Source of the DNA: a virus
IMG/VR virus record: IMGVR_UViG_3300017971_000013
Location: 39,596-103,595 of that record
Direction: 5' to 3' (one strand)
DNA length: 64,000 nucleotides
Positions 44,290 to 54,760 of the stretch are shown here, one piece after another. The notes beneath the pieces were generated by a model, which was given only the letters and a program-made list of their open reading frames with translations, had not been told where the DNA came from and ran no database searches. The stretch's first letter is position 1. Every line of letters begins with the position of its first letter. The position numbers and the translations under genes were made by a program.

Positions 44290-46107
44290 ATGGCTGTTTG
44301 TCCTTTAGATACTCTACAGGTTGTAGAGGTTATACTTAACTTCTGCTCGATGCTATCTAAGCATACGTTTTATGGGTTTCAGAAGAAGACACTCAGCCGT
44401 ATAGTGGAATTACTTCTTGAACCACCTCCTACAGATTTTATCACTTCGGGCGAAGACTATGTGCCTACTACGGTATCTATGTTGGTTTCTCGTCAGGGTG
44501 GTAAATCCTCTAGTATTGCTGATCTTTCTTCTGGTCTATGTATCATTCTTCCTGTTTTGGCGCAGAAATTTCCAGATGATCAGCGCCTTTCTCAATACAA
44601 GGATGGTTTTCTTTTAGGCGTTTTTGCGCCAAAGCAGGAAAAGAGTGAGATTATTTACGGTAAGGTTCGCGACATTGTTGAAAGCGAACTGGCAAAAGAG
44701 GTTTATGAGGATCCAGAATTTAGTATTGGGGTATCAACTTCTAGAGGTGATAGATTCTCATGGTCGCATGGGTCTCTTGTAGATGCGAAGACGGCATCTG
44801 AATCATCTGATAAGGAAGGTTTTACTTACCATCTTGTTATTATTGATGAGGCGCAGCTTGTTCCAGGCACTAAGGTAAAGAAAGAGCTTAGACCAATGCT
44901 CGCTGCCACTAATGGTAAGATGGTTCTTATTGGAACTTCTTCTTTGAATCCTAATTCTGGATTTTTTAAAGACCAGATAAAACAGAACTTAGACTATGAG
45001 AAAGCCTGTGGTGTGCGAAACCACTTTGAATTCGATTTTCTCAAGGTCATAGCGGATAAAAGAAAAGCTTTTAAAGAAGATCACAACCCCTTCCATTTGA
45101 ACTATGAACGGTTCGTTCAACGAGAAATAATGGAGCTTGGGTACGACGCAGACGAGGTTAAATTAAACTATCGTCTGCAATGGGTTGCTCCTTCAGGTAA
45201 GGCTTTTGACGTAGAAGAATTCGAAAAACTTGGCCTGGCCACTAGAGAGAAATCACCTTCTCGTGCTGGGTTTCAAGTAGCAGCCATGGATGTAGCCAAA
45301 GATGGCGGCGCGAGATCTGTTGTCACTGTTGGTAGAATTCATTTAGAGAATCCCCTTTCTGCAGAAGGTGAAGACGAAGGACACTTCGTAAAAGAGATTA
45401 TCAACTGGATTCAGCTAACAGGGCGCTTTGAAGGAGAGACTGGGCAATATGAAAGGGTAAAGAATTTTCTATTACACCATAATGTGAAATTCTTTATGGT
45501 GGATGCTACAGGTATAGGTGATCCTGTCTGTGAGCATTTTGCAGAGATTCTGAAGCCCTATAACATTGCTGTCATTCCGTTCAAACACTCTGTTGTCATC
45601 AATGACAGAATAAATAAGCTGTATATGAGGGAGATAAAAACCAAGAGATTTTTATTCCCGGCAGGGCCAGAGACACGTGCTTCGGAAGAATACAGCTTAT
45701 TTATAGAAGAACATGATGAGATAGTTAAAGAGTATTCTGGAAACTATCTGCAATTTGTGTCCATCGGTAATACAAAAGACTTTGTAATATCTTCGATACT
45801 TTTTGTTTATTGTTCAAAATTGATCTTTGATGATCCAGAGTTAAGACAATCTGTGCCATCTAGGGTTACAAGCCAAGGTCAGGTAGATGTTGAGAACTAT
45901 AGCTCTTTAGCGTCGTTAACAAACGGCCGTGAGATGCCTCAGTTTAGACCTGACCTTAAATATTTTGATGCCCAACGTTACATACACAAAGGTAAGGAGC
46001 GAGGTTCGTTAGGTCAAGAATACGGACACTCTAGCGGGCATCACCAAATTGTCGTTGGTACTTTTTCTAGGGAAGATAGGTATCGGCGCGGACGGAGGGG
46101 AAGATAA
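44290..46107 (+). CDS. terL: Terminase large subunit
   Basis: Walker A SRQGGKS; Walker B LVIIDEAQ; nuclease AAMDVAK and MVDATGIG; upstream of the portal. Confidence 0.9.
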   Translation: MAVCPLDTLQVVEVILNFCSMLSKHTFYGFQKKTLSRIVELLLEPPPTDFITSGEDYVPTTVSMLVSRQGGKSSSIADLSSGLCIILPVLAQKFPDDQRLSQYKDGFLLGVFAPKQEKSEIIYGKVRDIVESELAKEVYEDPEFSIGVSTSRGDRFSWSHGSLVDAKTASESSDKEGFTYHLVIIDEAQLVPGTKVKKELRPMLAATNGKMVLIGTSSLNPNSGFFKDQIKQNLDYEKACGVRNHFEFDFLKVIADKRKAFKEDHNPFHLNYERFVQREIMELGYDADEVKLNYRLQWVAPSGKAFDVEEFEKLGLATREKSPSRAGFQVAAMDVAKDGGARSVVTVGRIHLENPLSAEGEDEGHFVKEIINWIQLTGRFEGETGQYERVKNFLLHHNVKFFMVDATGIGDPVCEHFAEILKPYNIAVIPFKHSVVINDRINKLYMREIKTKRFLFPAGPETRASEEYSLFIEEHDEIVKEYSGNYLQFVSIGNTKDFVISSILFVYCSKLIFDDPELRQSVPSRVTSQGQVDVENYSSLASLTNGREMPQFRPDLKYFDAQRYIHKGKERGSLGQEYGHSSGHHQIVVGTFSREDRYRRGRRGR

Positions 46108-46496
46108 TGCCTAAAGGAGGGTACAGGGCTCCTGTCGAAAGACTAGTAGGTAGACACGGGCCTTCTCGTGAAAGAGTTCCTGAGCCATCAGATAGAACGT
46201 CTGTAAATGATACCGAAAAAGGTGCTTACGGCGGGAATTTGTATGGTTTCGTTATTCCTACTCAAGCCGGACTTAGCGGCAGCGTTACGCCCAGAGGAAA
46301 AATCAGCCCTGTTGTTGAGGCTAAAGGCAGCATGCCTGCGGTAAAAGCTGCTACTGGTATGTATAATGCTGAAGGCGACACTAAAAATAACGTACCTCAG
46401 GGCAGCACACAGGCTTTTGAGCAAGGTAGATCAGGTAACTCTTTTAATGGCCGTGCTACCAAGACCATACAGAGAAATTTGAAAGCCTATAAGTAA
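46107..46496 (+). CDS. Hypothetical head-region protein
   Basis: TAATG coupling; G-rich and basic. Confidence 0.65.
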   Translation: MPKGGYRAPVERLVGRHGPSRERVPEPSDRTSVNDTEKGAYGGNLYGFVIPTQAGLSGSVTPRGKISPVVEAKGSMPAVKAATGMYNAEGDTKNNVPQGSTQAFEQGRSGNSFNGRATKTIQRNLKAYK

Positions 46497-46515
46497 TAAA
46501 TGAGGATGGTGAGAA

Positions 46516-48531
46516 ATGTCTTACACCTTTTTTCAAAATCCAGACTCTGTTCATCTGACGTCTCCTTCTTATATGGCTCTACCGGAGTTGGATTTACAAC
46601 GAATTAGACGATACATCTACCACTGGAAGCGGTATGCAGGTATTTCCTGGGAATTCCAGCGTGAAGATGGTTCTTCTTTAGCTACTTATAATTTCATTCG
46701 AAAATTCGTCGACAAACATATTTATTGGTTGATTGGTAAAGGCGTTAATTTCACCGTTCAAGAGCCCTTAAGTGAGATAATCGGGGATTTCATCGACATT
46801 GTGTGGCGTGAGAACAATGGGGATCAGCTGAAACAGGATATGGCTTTGATGGGAGGTGTTACGGGCGATGTGTTTGTGCTCGTAACTGATAGGCCACATC
46901 AGCAATCTTTTGATTCTGTATTTAAGAAACATGGTATTCATATTCAGCTGCTAGCCTCTGAAACTGTGTTTCCTAGGTTTTTTGGCTCACTCACACAGAC
47001 TCCAGAATGGTATGAGGTTAGAACTCCTCACTATAATGAAAAAGGTGAGGTTCAACTGTTCATTCAAGAGATTTACCAAGACAGGATAGTGGAATACACG
47101 GATGGTTATAGAGAGGCCACCGAGCGCACATTTCCTAATCCTTTAGGCGAATTTCCTATTGTTCATGTGCCAAATATCAAGATGGGTACAGAGTACTTTG
47201 GCATCTCCGATGTTGAAGACATTTTAGGGCTGAATGATTCATTTAATAACAAGGCAACGGATCTAGAAGATATTATTTATTATAATGCTTCTCCTTTGCT
47301 TTTGTTGTTTGGCGCGAAACTGGCTGAAGGCGAACGGAGCCCTAAATCCATCTGGTCCGGTCTTCCGCCAGAAGCTAAGGCCCAGTTAATTGAGATGGAC
47401 AACGGAACACTTAATAGCTCTCTTGATTATCTTGATATGTTATATAGTAATATGTTGCGTATTGGAGATATTCCGGCGGGCTCTTTAGGTGACACACAGC
47501 CGATCTCTAATACTTCTGGTGTTGCTCTACATACTCAATATTTACCTCTGATTGAAAGGGCCGCTCGGAAATATCCGAACTATGCAGCTCTTTTTAAACA
47601 CATCAATTATTTGGTGCTGAAATGGGGTGAATTAAAAGGGCATATTGAGAGGGATCTTTCTAAACTAAATATTTGTCAGTATTGTGGAGGAAAGATCCTT
47701 GAAACACGAGAAAGTGTAAACACAGCTGAATTTGTTACTGAACTACCGAATCCTCAGGTTCTAGAAGCAGATAACTCTTTCAATCAAATGTTGCAACTTG
47801 GCAATGTTCCGGTTTATAGAGATCGCTGTTTCGAGGTCGACAAAAAAACCTTACAGGTAGAAGATCCTAACAACCGTAAGGTAAAAATGTTGACTGACAT
47901 TGGATTCGGAGTTAAGTTAGCAGACTTGGATAAACAAGAGTTGTCAAGTGGCAAGGTTAACTCTTTTTGGTTGCCAAATACTGATATGGAGCCACTTACA
48001 GAAGAAGATGATGTAACTACTACATCAGAGGTTCTTCGTAATCTTGATTTTCCTGAAGAGCCAGACTACTATGAAGTTGTATTTCGCAGAGATTTTACAG
48101 AAGAGGAGTTAAAGGGGAATGATGTACCTCCTAAAGCACAGAAACCTGTGCGTGGTGTGGTGCGTTCTTTTATAACTCCTAAAAATTGCCACCACGCCGA
48201 GCCTTTAAATCCTTATGAGACAGATGTAGACTTTATTTCTGTCTTACCTAGAGATGAACACCTGCAAGCTACCCTTTGGCAGCAATATCAGACTGCAGGT
48301 TGGACCACCCCAGAAGAGGCTCGCGAGAATATACCAACTCTTGCTGACCTAGAATCAAAACCACAAACAGTTTTTCAGAAGCTACAAATTCCAGAGGCGG
48401 AAGATGTAGCCGAAGTTGAAGGTGAGGAAGGCAAAAAATCTTCTCCCACATCGGATAGTGGCGAAGGTCAAATGTCTTCTGGAAAGGACCTGGAGCGTCT
48501 AATGACGAAACCAGGCGGAACTAATCAATAG
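46516..48531 (+). CDS. Portal protein (SPP1 gp6-like) with a large insertion
   Basis: NFIRKFVD..GKGV, NPLGEFPIVH.PN, GISDVE, SNTSGVAL...PL and LPRDE. Confidence 0.9.
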   Translation: MSYTFFQNPDSVHLTSPSYMALPELDLQRIRRYIYHWKRYAGISWEFQREDGSSLATYNFIRKFVDKHIYWLIGKGVNFTVQEPLSEIIGDFIDIVWRENNGDQLKQDMALMGGVTGDVFVLVTDRPHQQSFDSVFKKHGIHIQLLASETVFPRFFGSLTQTPEWYEVRTPHYNEKGEVQLFIQEIYQDRIVEYTDGYREATERTFPNPLGEFPIVHVPNIKMGTEYFGISDVEDILGLNDSFNNKATDLEDIIYYNASPLLLLFGAKLAEGERSPKSIWSGLPPEAKAQLIEMDNGTLNSSLDYLDMLYSNMLRIGDIPAGSLGDTQPISNTSGVALHTQYLPLIERAARKYPNYAALFKHINYLVLKWGELKGHIERDLSKLNICQYCGGKILETRESVNTAEFVTELPNPQVLEADNSFNQMLQLGNVPVYRDRCFEVDKKTLQVEDPNNRKVKMLTDIGFGVKLADLDKQELSSGKVNSFWLPNTDMEPLTEEDDVTTTSEVLRNLDFPEEPDYYEVVFRRDFTEEELKGNDVPPKAQKPVRGVVRSFITPKNCHHAEPLNPYETDVDFISVLPRDEHLQATLWQQYQTAGWTTPEEARENIPTLADLESKPQTVFQKLQIPEAEDVAEVEGEEGKKSSPTSDSGEGQMSSGKDLERLMTKPGGTNQ

Positions 48532-48541
48532 GAGATTAGAC

Positions 48542-48802
48542 ATGGCAAAGCGTTATGGTCAGGGTATTGCTCGGCGCAACCGCGTCGGGGCTACTACCTC
48601 GCCAAACCCTGTTCGTAAGCCGATGGGCCGTCAGGGTGAGTATGGAACTCCTGGTTCTATTTATTCGGGTGAGGTTAATGAATACCCGAATACTTCCAAT
48701 CCGAGAAACGATCCTACTTTAGGTAATCCTGCTGATGTAGCCGTCGATGGCGGTCTTCCTGTTGTCAGCAAGGCTTTTCGTAACACGGGCCGAATTCGTT
48801 AA
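48542..48802 (+). CDS. Small head-region protein
   Basis: AGGAG RBS; between the portal and scaffold. Confidence 0.65.
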   Translation: MAKRYGQGIARRNRVGATTSPNPVRKPMGRQGEYGTPGSIYSGEVNEYPNTSNPRNDPTLGNPADVAVDGGLPVVSKAFRNTGRIR

Positions 48803-48833
48803 TTTTTAGGCCGTATATTTAGAGGAGACAATT

Positions 48834-50069
48834 ATGCCGGACTCTATTAATACAACTACTGGAGACCAAGTTCAGCCGACACAGACTACTGATCCGCAGC
48901 AGCAGACTGTGCCTGTTTCTCAGACTCAGGCTTTTCCTCAAGATGCAGCAGCGCAGCAGCCACAGGCTCCTGTTCAGCCTCAGCCGCAAGCTTATCCTCC
49001 TCAGTCAGCTAATATTGATGAGGTTATGAAGCTTGTTAATTTGAGTAAAGCTGAAGATCGTAAGTCTTATAATGAAAAAATTGCTTCTCTGGAGTCTAAG
49101 CTTTCTGCCGCTGAGAAGCAGCTGAAAGAGGTACAGGAACCTGATTATTCTACAATCAAAGATGAGAAGATCAGGACAGAACTTCAGAGCTTGCAGCAGC
49201 AGCTGACAGCTGAAAAAACTGCGCGCGAGGATCTCGAGAAAAGAAACGAATTAGAGGCCTATAAATCTCACATTCGTTCCCTTCTTCGTCCTGGCGAAGC
49301 TGTAGAGGCTATGATTGGTGGCGGAAGCATTGAAGAGATTAACCGCTCTGTTGCTATGGCAAAAGCTGAGGCAGATAGATTGCGTTCAATGTTTGCGCCC
49401 GCTGTTCAGCAACAGCAGATGCCACAGCCTCAGGTACAGCAGCAGTATTTTCCCCCACAGCCGCAGCAGAATATTCCTTCGGTTTCTCAGCAGGCACAGG
49501 CAATGCCTCAGCCTTCTGTTGGACCGACGGCTCCGTCTCCTCAACCCCCTGTTTTAGATGTTGGTCAGGATTCTAATCTTTTGGCTCAGTCTCAGCAATT
49601 GACTGGTGACCAGGCGCGCCGAACCGGTAGTTATATGCAGAGCAGAGAACAGCTGCTTAATACTATTCAGCAAATGACTGGCGGCGGAATGCCTTCTTTT
49701 AAATTAGAGCCAACTAATTCCTTTGGGCAACATCCTGTGTCTGCTACAAATGTACAATCGCTTTCATGGCCGCAGCCTGGACAACAGGCTGGATATGCTC
49801 CTCCAGGCCATCAAAGCCCGCAGGCTAGACAGCGTGCAGGTGTCTACACACCCCCGCAAGCACCCGCACAGCCGCCGTCCCCCCATCAGTCTTATCAACA
49901 GGGTGGTTTTCAGCAACCACAAATAGGGCAGCCAACGCCTGTTCAGCAGGCACATAATATGCAGGGAGGTATGCCAGACTTTCAGCAAGGTGGAATTGCT
50001 CCGGCAGACGCAGGCACATCTTCCACTCTGCAGAATCCAACTGGCCACCCCATGTTTAGAAACTCGTAG
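48834..50069 (+). CDS. Capsid scaffolding protein (Q/P-rich)
   Basis: Central coiled coil; directly upstream of the MCP. Confidence 0.7.
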   Translation: MPDSINTTTGDQVQPTQTTDPQQQTVPVSQTQAFPQDAAAQQPQAPVQPQPQAYPPQSANIDEVMKLVNLSKAEDRKSYNEKIASLESKLSAAEKQLKEVQEPDYSTIKDEKIRTELQSLQQQLTAEKTAREDLEKRNELEAYKSHIRSLLRPGEAVEAMIGGGSIEEINRSVAMAKAEADRLRSMFAPAVQQQQMPQPQVQQQYFPPQPQQNIPSVSQQAQAMPQPSVGPTAPSPQPPVLDVGQDSNLLAQSQQLTGDQARRTGSYMQSREQLLNTIQQMTGGGMPSFKLEPTNSFGQHPVSATNVQSLSWPQPGQQAGYAPPGHQSPQARQRAGVYTPPQAPAQPPSPHQSYQQGGFQQPQIGQPTPVQQAHNMQGGMPDFQQGGIAPADAGTSSTLQNPTGHPMFRNS

Positions 50070-50091
50070 AGGATGACAAGGAGAGAGGAAT

Positions 50092-51078
50092 ATGCCAGGT
50101 GTAATTAACACTGCTGTTGCTACTGGAGCTGGCTATAATCAGCTAACTGGTGCCATTCGCGATGTTTTTTCGGCCGAGATTTTTGTTCGCGCGCTTCCGC
50201 TTCTGCGCTTTGACCAGTTCGCTCTTTACCGATCCGAACTAGGTGTTCAGCCCGGGCACACCATTCAGATGCCCCAGCTGCACAACATCAAACGCGGCAA
50301 GATGATGACAGAGAAAGATGAGCTTGAGACCCAGGCCATGGCTCTGTCGACCCTGCAGATTACCGTGCATGAGTATGGTAATGCTGTTGGTTTTTCTGAG
50401 TTTCTTTTACAGACCAGCTTTTTCGATCAGATGACTTCGGCATCTATCGTTCTGGGTCGTGACTTTGCTGTCGTTTTAGACACAGAGCTTCGTACCTCGA
50501 TGCTGGCGGGTGCTGTTAATGTTGTTTATGCTAACGGCAAAACAGCGCGTACGGCTCTCGTTTCTGCAGACGTTCTGACTACTCAGGAAGTTAAGGACGC
50601 TGTTGAGGTCTTGGAAACTAATAACACACCTCGTTGGAATGGTGACCACTATGTGTGCATCATTCATCCTCATAGTGCTCGTCACTTAATGGATGCCAAT
50701 CAATGGATCGAGGCTAGCTTGTACGGTAACGTCGAGCAGATTTATCGCGCTGAAATTGGGCGTTATCATGATGTTCGTTTTATCTCGACGACGGTCATGA
50801 ACAATGGTGCCAATCCTACGGTAGATCCAAACACTGGTGACTACGTTGATATCGGTTTCGATCCTGCGCTGCAGAACGGCGTTGCCGGTAATCAGACGGT
50901 GGTTTATCAGTCTGTTATGTTTGGTGAGTTCTCTTTAGGCCATGCTGTTTCTTTGCCGGTCGAGCTGCGTGATAACGGAATCGAAGATTTCGGTCGCCGC
51001 CATGCTTTGGCTTGGTATTCAATTTTTGGCCAGGATGTTTTAGAGACGGACAATATCGTGGTTATTGAAACTGCGTAA
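50092..51078 (+). CDS. Major capsid protein (N4-gp56 family-like)
   Basis: PLLRFDQFA...ELGVQPG..I, EYGNAV, YVCIIHP, EIGRY.DVRFI and DFGRRHALAWY. Confidence 0.92.
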   Translation: MPGVINTAVATGAGYNQLTGAIRDVFSAEIFVRALPLLRFDQFALYRSELGVQPGHTIQMPQLHNIKRGKMMTEKDELETQAMALSTLQITVHEYGNAVGFSEFLLQTSFFDQMTSASIVLGRDFAVVLDTELRTSMLAGAVNVVYANGKTARTALVSADVLTTQEVKDAVEVLETNNTPRWNGDHYVCIIHPHSARHLMDANQWIEASLYGNVEQIYRAEIGRYHDVRFISTTVMNNGANPTVDPNTGDYVDIGFDPALQNGVAGNQTVVYQSVMFGEFSLGHAVSLPVELRDNGIEDFGRRHALAWYSIFGQDVLETDNIVVIETA

Positions 51079-51132
51079 TTCACTGTTGAGAAAACAAAGG
51101 TTGCCACTTGGCAACTTTAAAAGGAGAACGAG

Positions 51133-51810
51133 ATGCCTGTTTATAAGCGTGGACGGGGTTTCGCTGGTTTCAACCAGGTTAACCGTACCGAGCGTGCTTT
51201 CACGCACTATGAAGGTTTTGTTGATAACGCCGCTGGTTTTCAGATTGCTGCTCCAGATAAGCTTGACGGTGTGTTGGTTCCTTCTGTTGAGCCTTGGGAT
51301 GTTGGTAACAGCCCCATGATGTCTGTAGCCATCGCCGTTGGTGTTGGCATCGATATTTCGGCCGTTACTTTAGGTGGTAACGCAGCTATCGATTTCGTTC
51401 TGGACGGCGAGGCTGTTACGTTCGATCTCGAGACTCAGAATGGTCTGGCTATTGCTAACATGGCAGCGGCAGAGGCTTCTGAAATTACGGCAGCTATTAA
51501 CGCAATCGCTGCGCAGCTTGATCTTGATGATAAGATTTTTGCTACGTACGATTTTGGCGCTGTCAATGCTACCATGCATATCTTGCCTGGTGACGGTGAA
51601 GATGTAGCTTCTGTTGAGGTTACTGGTGGTCTTGCCGCTCTTCCCGTCTTCGGCGCAGCTACTGTTGCTGAGATGAAGTGGAGCGATTTCACTTATGCTA
51701 AGTCTGATCCTGCTGATTGGACGATTGCTTATGATGCTAGCGCTCCTGAGCTGGATCTTACTAACGCTTCCGGCGCTGCTATCCATACTGCCTTTATTAT
51801 TCGTTACTAG
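51133..51810 (+). CDS. Putative capsid decoration protein
   Basis: Follows the MCP; Ala-rich; strong RBS. Confidence 0.55.
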   Translation: MPVYKRGRGFAGFNQVNRTERAFTHYEGFVDNAAGFQIAAPDKLDGVLVPSVEPWDVGNSPMMSVAIAVGVGIDISAVTLGGNAAIDFVLDGEAVTFDLETQNGLAIANMAAAEASEITAAINAIAAQLDLDDKIFATYDFGAVNATMHILPGDGEDVASVEVTGGLAALPVFGAATVAEMKWSDFTYAKSDPADWTIAYDASAPELDLTNASGAAIHTAFIIRY

Positions 51811-51850
51811 AGCTAACGAACTTATTTAAACAGATATTTAGGAGAACATA

Positions 51851-52126
51851 ATGGCCGACAAAGATTTTGACCAGCTTGTTGTAGAAGAAGAGAGTTTTCT
51901 TGAAGGTGGCGACGGTCCCGTAACGATTTCTTCTGCGTCTGAACCGCTTCCACAGCCCAATGATCAGGCCTTGGGCGGGAATGTTGACCTTGTAGCTGTG
52001 GTTGCGGTGAAGACCTTAAGAAAGGTGCATGTCGGTGGTTCCTGGTATACGTTTCAATCAGGAAAAACTTCCATGGTGCCATCTACGGTACTTAATCATC
52101 TTAAAGAGAAAGGTATAATTCACTGA
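51851..52126 (+). CDS. Small head-completion-region protein
   Basis: C-terminal YTF..GK...VP..V.NHL.EKG. Confidence 0.65.
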   Translation: MADKDFDQLVVEEESFLEGGDGPVTISSASEPLPQPNDQALGGNVDLVAVVAVKTLRKVHVGGSWYTFQSGKTSMVPSTVLNHLKEKGIIH

Positions 52127-53520
52127 TGATGATTGAACGTTTCCGCACCATGACGGGGGATATCTCCTACGCTAAACCAGCTGTTGTCATTGAAATTGAT
52201 CCTACTGCTGGGCTTAGGGATGCCGAGGTTACTGTAACTGTCTTAAACGGCGTTCTAGCCTTGACTCCTAGTACTGGTCGTGGGGGCCTTCAAATATCTC
52301 TTCAGGATGAACGTGTATCTACTCTAGAAAAACTCGTTGAATACTTAAATGCTCAACGATCTTATAATGCTCATTTAGGCAGAAACGCAAAATCTTATCA
52401 TGATTCAATAGACATAGGAGACGTATATAACAGAGAGATTTCTCCAGAGTTGGATGGGGTCACTCTTTACTCTCATGTTTATTGTGATAGGGAATGTTGG
52501 GCTTTTCTTGAGCGGGGTATGAATCGTCATAATCCCACGTTTAGTTCTTTAGACGAAGTTCCTCCCAATGAATTAGATTTTGTTTTTACTTTGGCGCGTT
52601 GTGAATTTCTTGGTGACTTGGCTGCTGATGCAACACGTCGGGCTTACATGGAAGAGAGCGTATCTACGCTTTTAGATCTGAAAGCCGACTTAGAAAATCA
52701 ATACAAGCGCGACTACTCAAGGCTAAATAGAGCATTTAAGCCTATAGAGAATACACCGGAGGTTCAGGGCGAGGGAGATGTTCTTGTTGGTCAGTACAAC
52801 AGGAAAGATCCTCGCTGGGGGTTCATGTATCCTTTAAATAGGAACAAGGCCCCTTATAAACCTCTTTTAAATGAGGTTATACCTTCTGATATTTCTGACA
52901 AGAGCGTATTGATTCGTTGGATAAGACCTGCAGAGGTGGATTGGGCTAGAATAGAACTATGGAGAGATACTCGGCCAGAGGTTAGAAGAGAGGATGTTTC
53001 TAAGACAGCCTATATGACAACTTCGCGCCGTGTGTTTGCTTATCCTTGGGCTAAATCTGAATCCGCTTCTGTTACAATCTTACCTAACTTTAACTACGAT
53101 TCTAACGCAGAATTTGTTCCTACAAAGTTCTTAGACGAGACAGTCGAGCCGGATACTAGGTATTACTACAAGCTGTATGTGGTAGACTCAACCGGCATGA
53201 TGTCGAGTTCAGATACAATATTGGTGGAAACGGCGCCATTACGTGCTTTATTGGACGACACTGCGCCCGTCACACCAACTTTTACAACTTTAGGTACTCT
53301 TGAGCCGCTGACTTTTGCAGGTACTGGTTTTGTAGCAGGCTGTAGATTCTATGTAGGTGAAAAAGAAATTACTAATGTTGTGATTGTAACGCCTAATCAA
53401 GCAACCGGAGACCTTCCTCCTTTCTATAATGAAAATCAAACGGGTAGTAAGATCGTTACCGTGGTTAGTCCTGAAGGACAACTAGATCAGGTTCCCGCTG
53501 GTTTTGAATTGAGAGCGTAA
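52126..53520 (+). CDS. Head-tail adaptor-like protein with FN3 and IPT/TIG domains
   Basis: VEPDTRYYYKLYVVD (FN3); LTFAGTGF...VTVVSPEGQ (IPT). Confidence 0.65.
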   Translation: MMIERFRTMTGDISYAKPAVVIEIDPTAGLRDAEVTVTVLNGVLALTPSTGRGGLQISLQDERVSTLEKLVEYLNAQRSYNAHLGRNAKSYHDSIDIGDVYNREISPELDGVTLYSHVYCDRECWAFLERGMNRHNPTFSSLDEVPPNELDFVFTLARCEFLGDLAADATRRAYMEESVSTLLDLKADLENQYKRDYSRLNRAFKPIENTPEVQGEGDVLVGQYNRKDPRWGFMYPLNRNKAPYKPLLNEVIPSDISDKSVLIRWIRPAEVDWARIELWRDTRPEVRREDVSKTAYMTTSRRVFAYPWAKSESASVTILPNFNYDSNAEFVPTKFLDETVEPDTRYYYKLYVVDSTGMMSSSDTILVETAPLRALLDDTAPVTPTFTTLGTLEPLTFAGTGFVAGCRFYVGEKEITNVVIVTPNQATGDLPPFYNENQTGSKIVTVVSPEGQLDQVPAGFELRA

Positions 53521-53522
53521 TT

Positions 53523-54026
53523 ATGGCGCGCGGATACCACACAGCGACTCTTGTCGTAAAAAAAGGTTTTGGGTGGGGAGACGCGCGTAAAAATGTACGC
53601 AAACTACAGCCTATGATTCGGCTAGCTGTAGAAGGTGCTCTCTACGATGCAGCAGAGATGTTTAGAAATAAACTCGTACGTGGCATTTATTCTGGAGCAT
53701 TACCTACAGAAAACCAGGCTCTTTCGGCTAAATGGAAAGAAGAGAAGGCAGAAAAAGGTCATTCTCCTTTGACTCTTGTTGCTACAGGTAAGTATCTAGA
53801 TTCGATTAGAATAGTTAAAAGGCGAAAGACAGTCACGAGAGGCCTACAAGCAGAGGTTTGGTTGGGTGTAGATGATCCAGATTCTGTGGAAAAGGCTATG
53901 ACGCACGAATATGGACTTGGTAAAAACCCAGAAAGACCTCATTGGCGTCCTACTGCTATTTGGTTTAAAAGATTTGGTGGAAATTTCTTAGGTGAGATGT
54001 TGCGTAAACGATTGATAGCGAGGTGA
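53523..54026 (+). CDS. Neck/tail-completion protein
   Basis: LVATGKY...HEYG...PERPHWRP. Confidence 0.75.
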   Translation: MARGYHTATLVVKKGFGWGDARKNVRKLQPMIRLAVEGALYDAAEMFRNKLVRGIYSGALPTENQALSAKWKEEKAEKGHSPLTLVATGKYLDSIRIVKRRKTVTRGLQAEVWLGVDDPDSVEKAMTHEYGLGKNPERPHWRPTAIWFKRFGGNFLGEMLRKRLIAR

Positions 54027-54751
54027 ATATGGGAGACGTTAACAAAAAGAAATTGATAGCTGTTTCTCATCGAATTCGAATCGCTATGAAAAATTTACTC
54101 AAACAAGGCCTGAATCATATTCTTGTTCAACAAGGATTATTTAACAGTAAGATTCTGAACATAGGTGAAAGACGTGACGGTGTTGACTACAAAGATGCAC
54201 CTCAGATCACTATAGACTATTTAAACAGGGAATTTAACCCTGTTCATTATCATTACGACCGGCCGATTGTTAGGCCGGTTGAAGCTTCTAAAGCTAAAGC
54301 TGTATTTGCCTACGGGTCTGAAAAAGAAGGCTACCTTCAACAGATGGTGTACAAGCATCCAATGCCGTACACCTATTATTACATTGTGGCCGTGTGGTCT
54401 CATCACCACAACGCGGCCGAGGCAGAGGCGATTGTAGAGGCAATTCAGCATCCTAGCGTTTTGCCAGAGAGAGGTTATGTTCCTGTAACATTGTCAGATG
54501 GCAATGTTTACAATTGGAACATGTTTTGTGGTGATGTTTCGAAAATAGACCCGCGTAAAATGTTATCACAGCGTGCACCCGAAGATTTCACATCTGAAGA
54601 ATATCGGGTCGAGCTGATGTATACTGTGGAAGGTTTCAACGACCCATTCTTGTATGGTGAGAGACAAGCTACAATAAGTCGGACAGTTCTTGAAATGGAA
54701 CGTCTTGATGGTGTTGAAACAGAGGAGCACCTGATAGAACCTATAGAATAG
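54023..54751 (+). CDS. Tail terminator-like protein
   Basis: Position directly before the sheath. Confidence 0.55.
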   Translation: MNMGDVNKKKLIAVSHRIRIAMKNLLKQGLNHILVQQGLFNSKILNIGERRDGVDYKDAPQITIDYLNREFNPVHYHYDRPIVRPVEASKAKAVFAYGSEKEGYLQQMVYKHPMPYTYYYIVAVWSHHHNAAEAEAIVEAIQHPSVLPERGYVPVTLSDGNVYNWNMFCGDVSKIDPRKMLSQRAPEDFTSEEYRVELMYTVEGFNDPFLYGERQATISRTVLEMERLDGVETEEHLIEPIE

Positions 54752-54760
54752 GAGGGTTAA

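Noticed and set aside
47668-48210. Intein in the portal
   Set aside because: No intein block A/B/G motifs or terminal His-Asn, and no LAGLIDADG motif.
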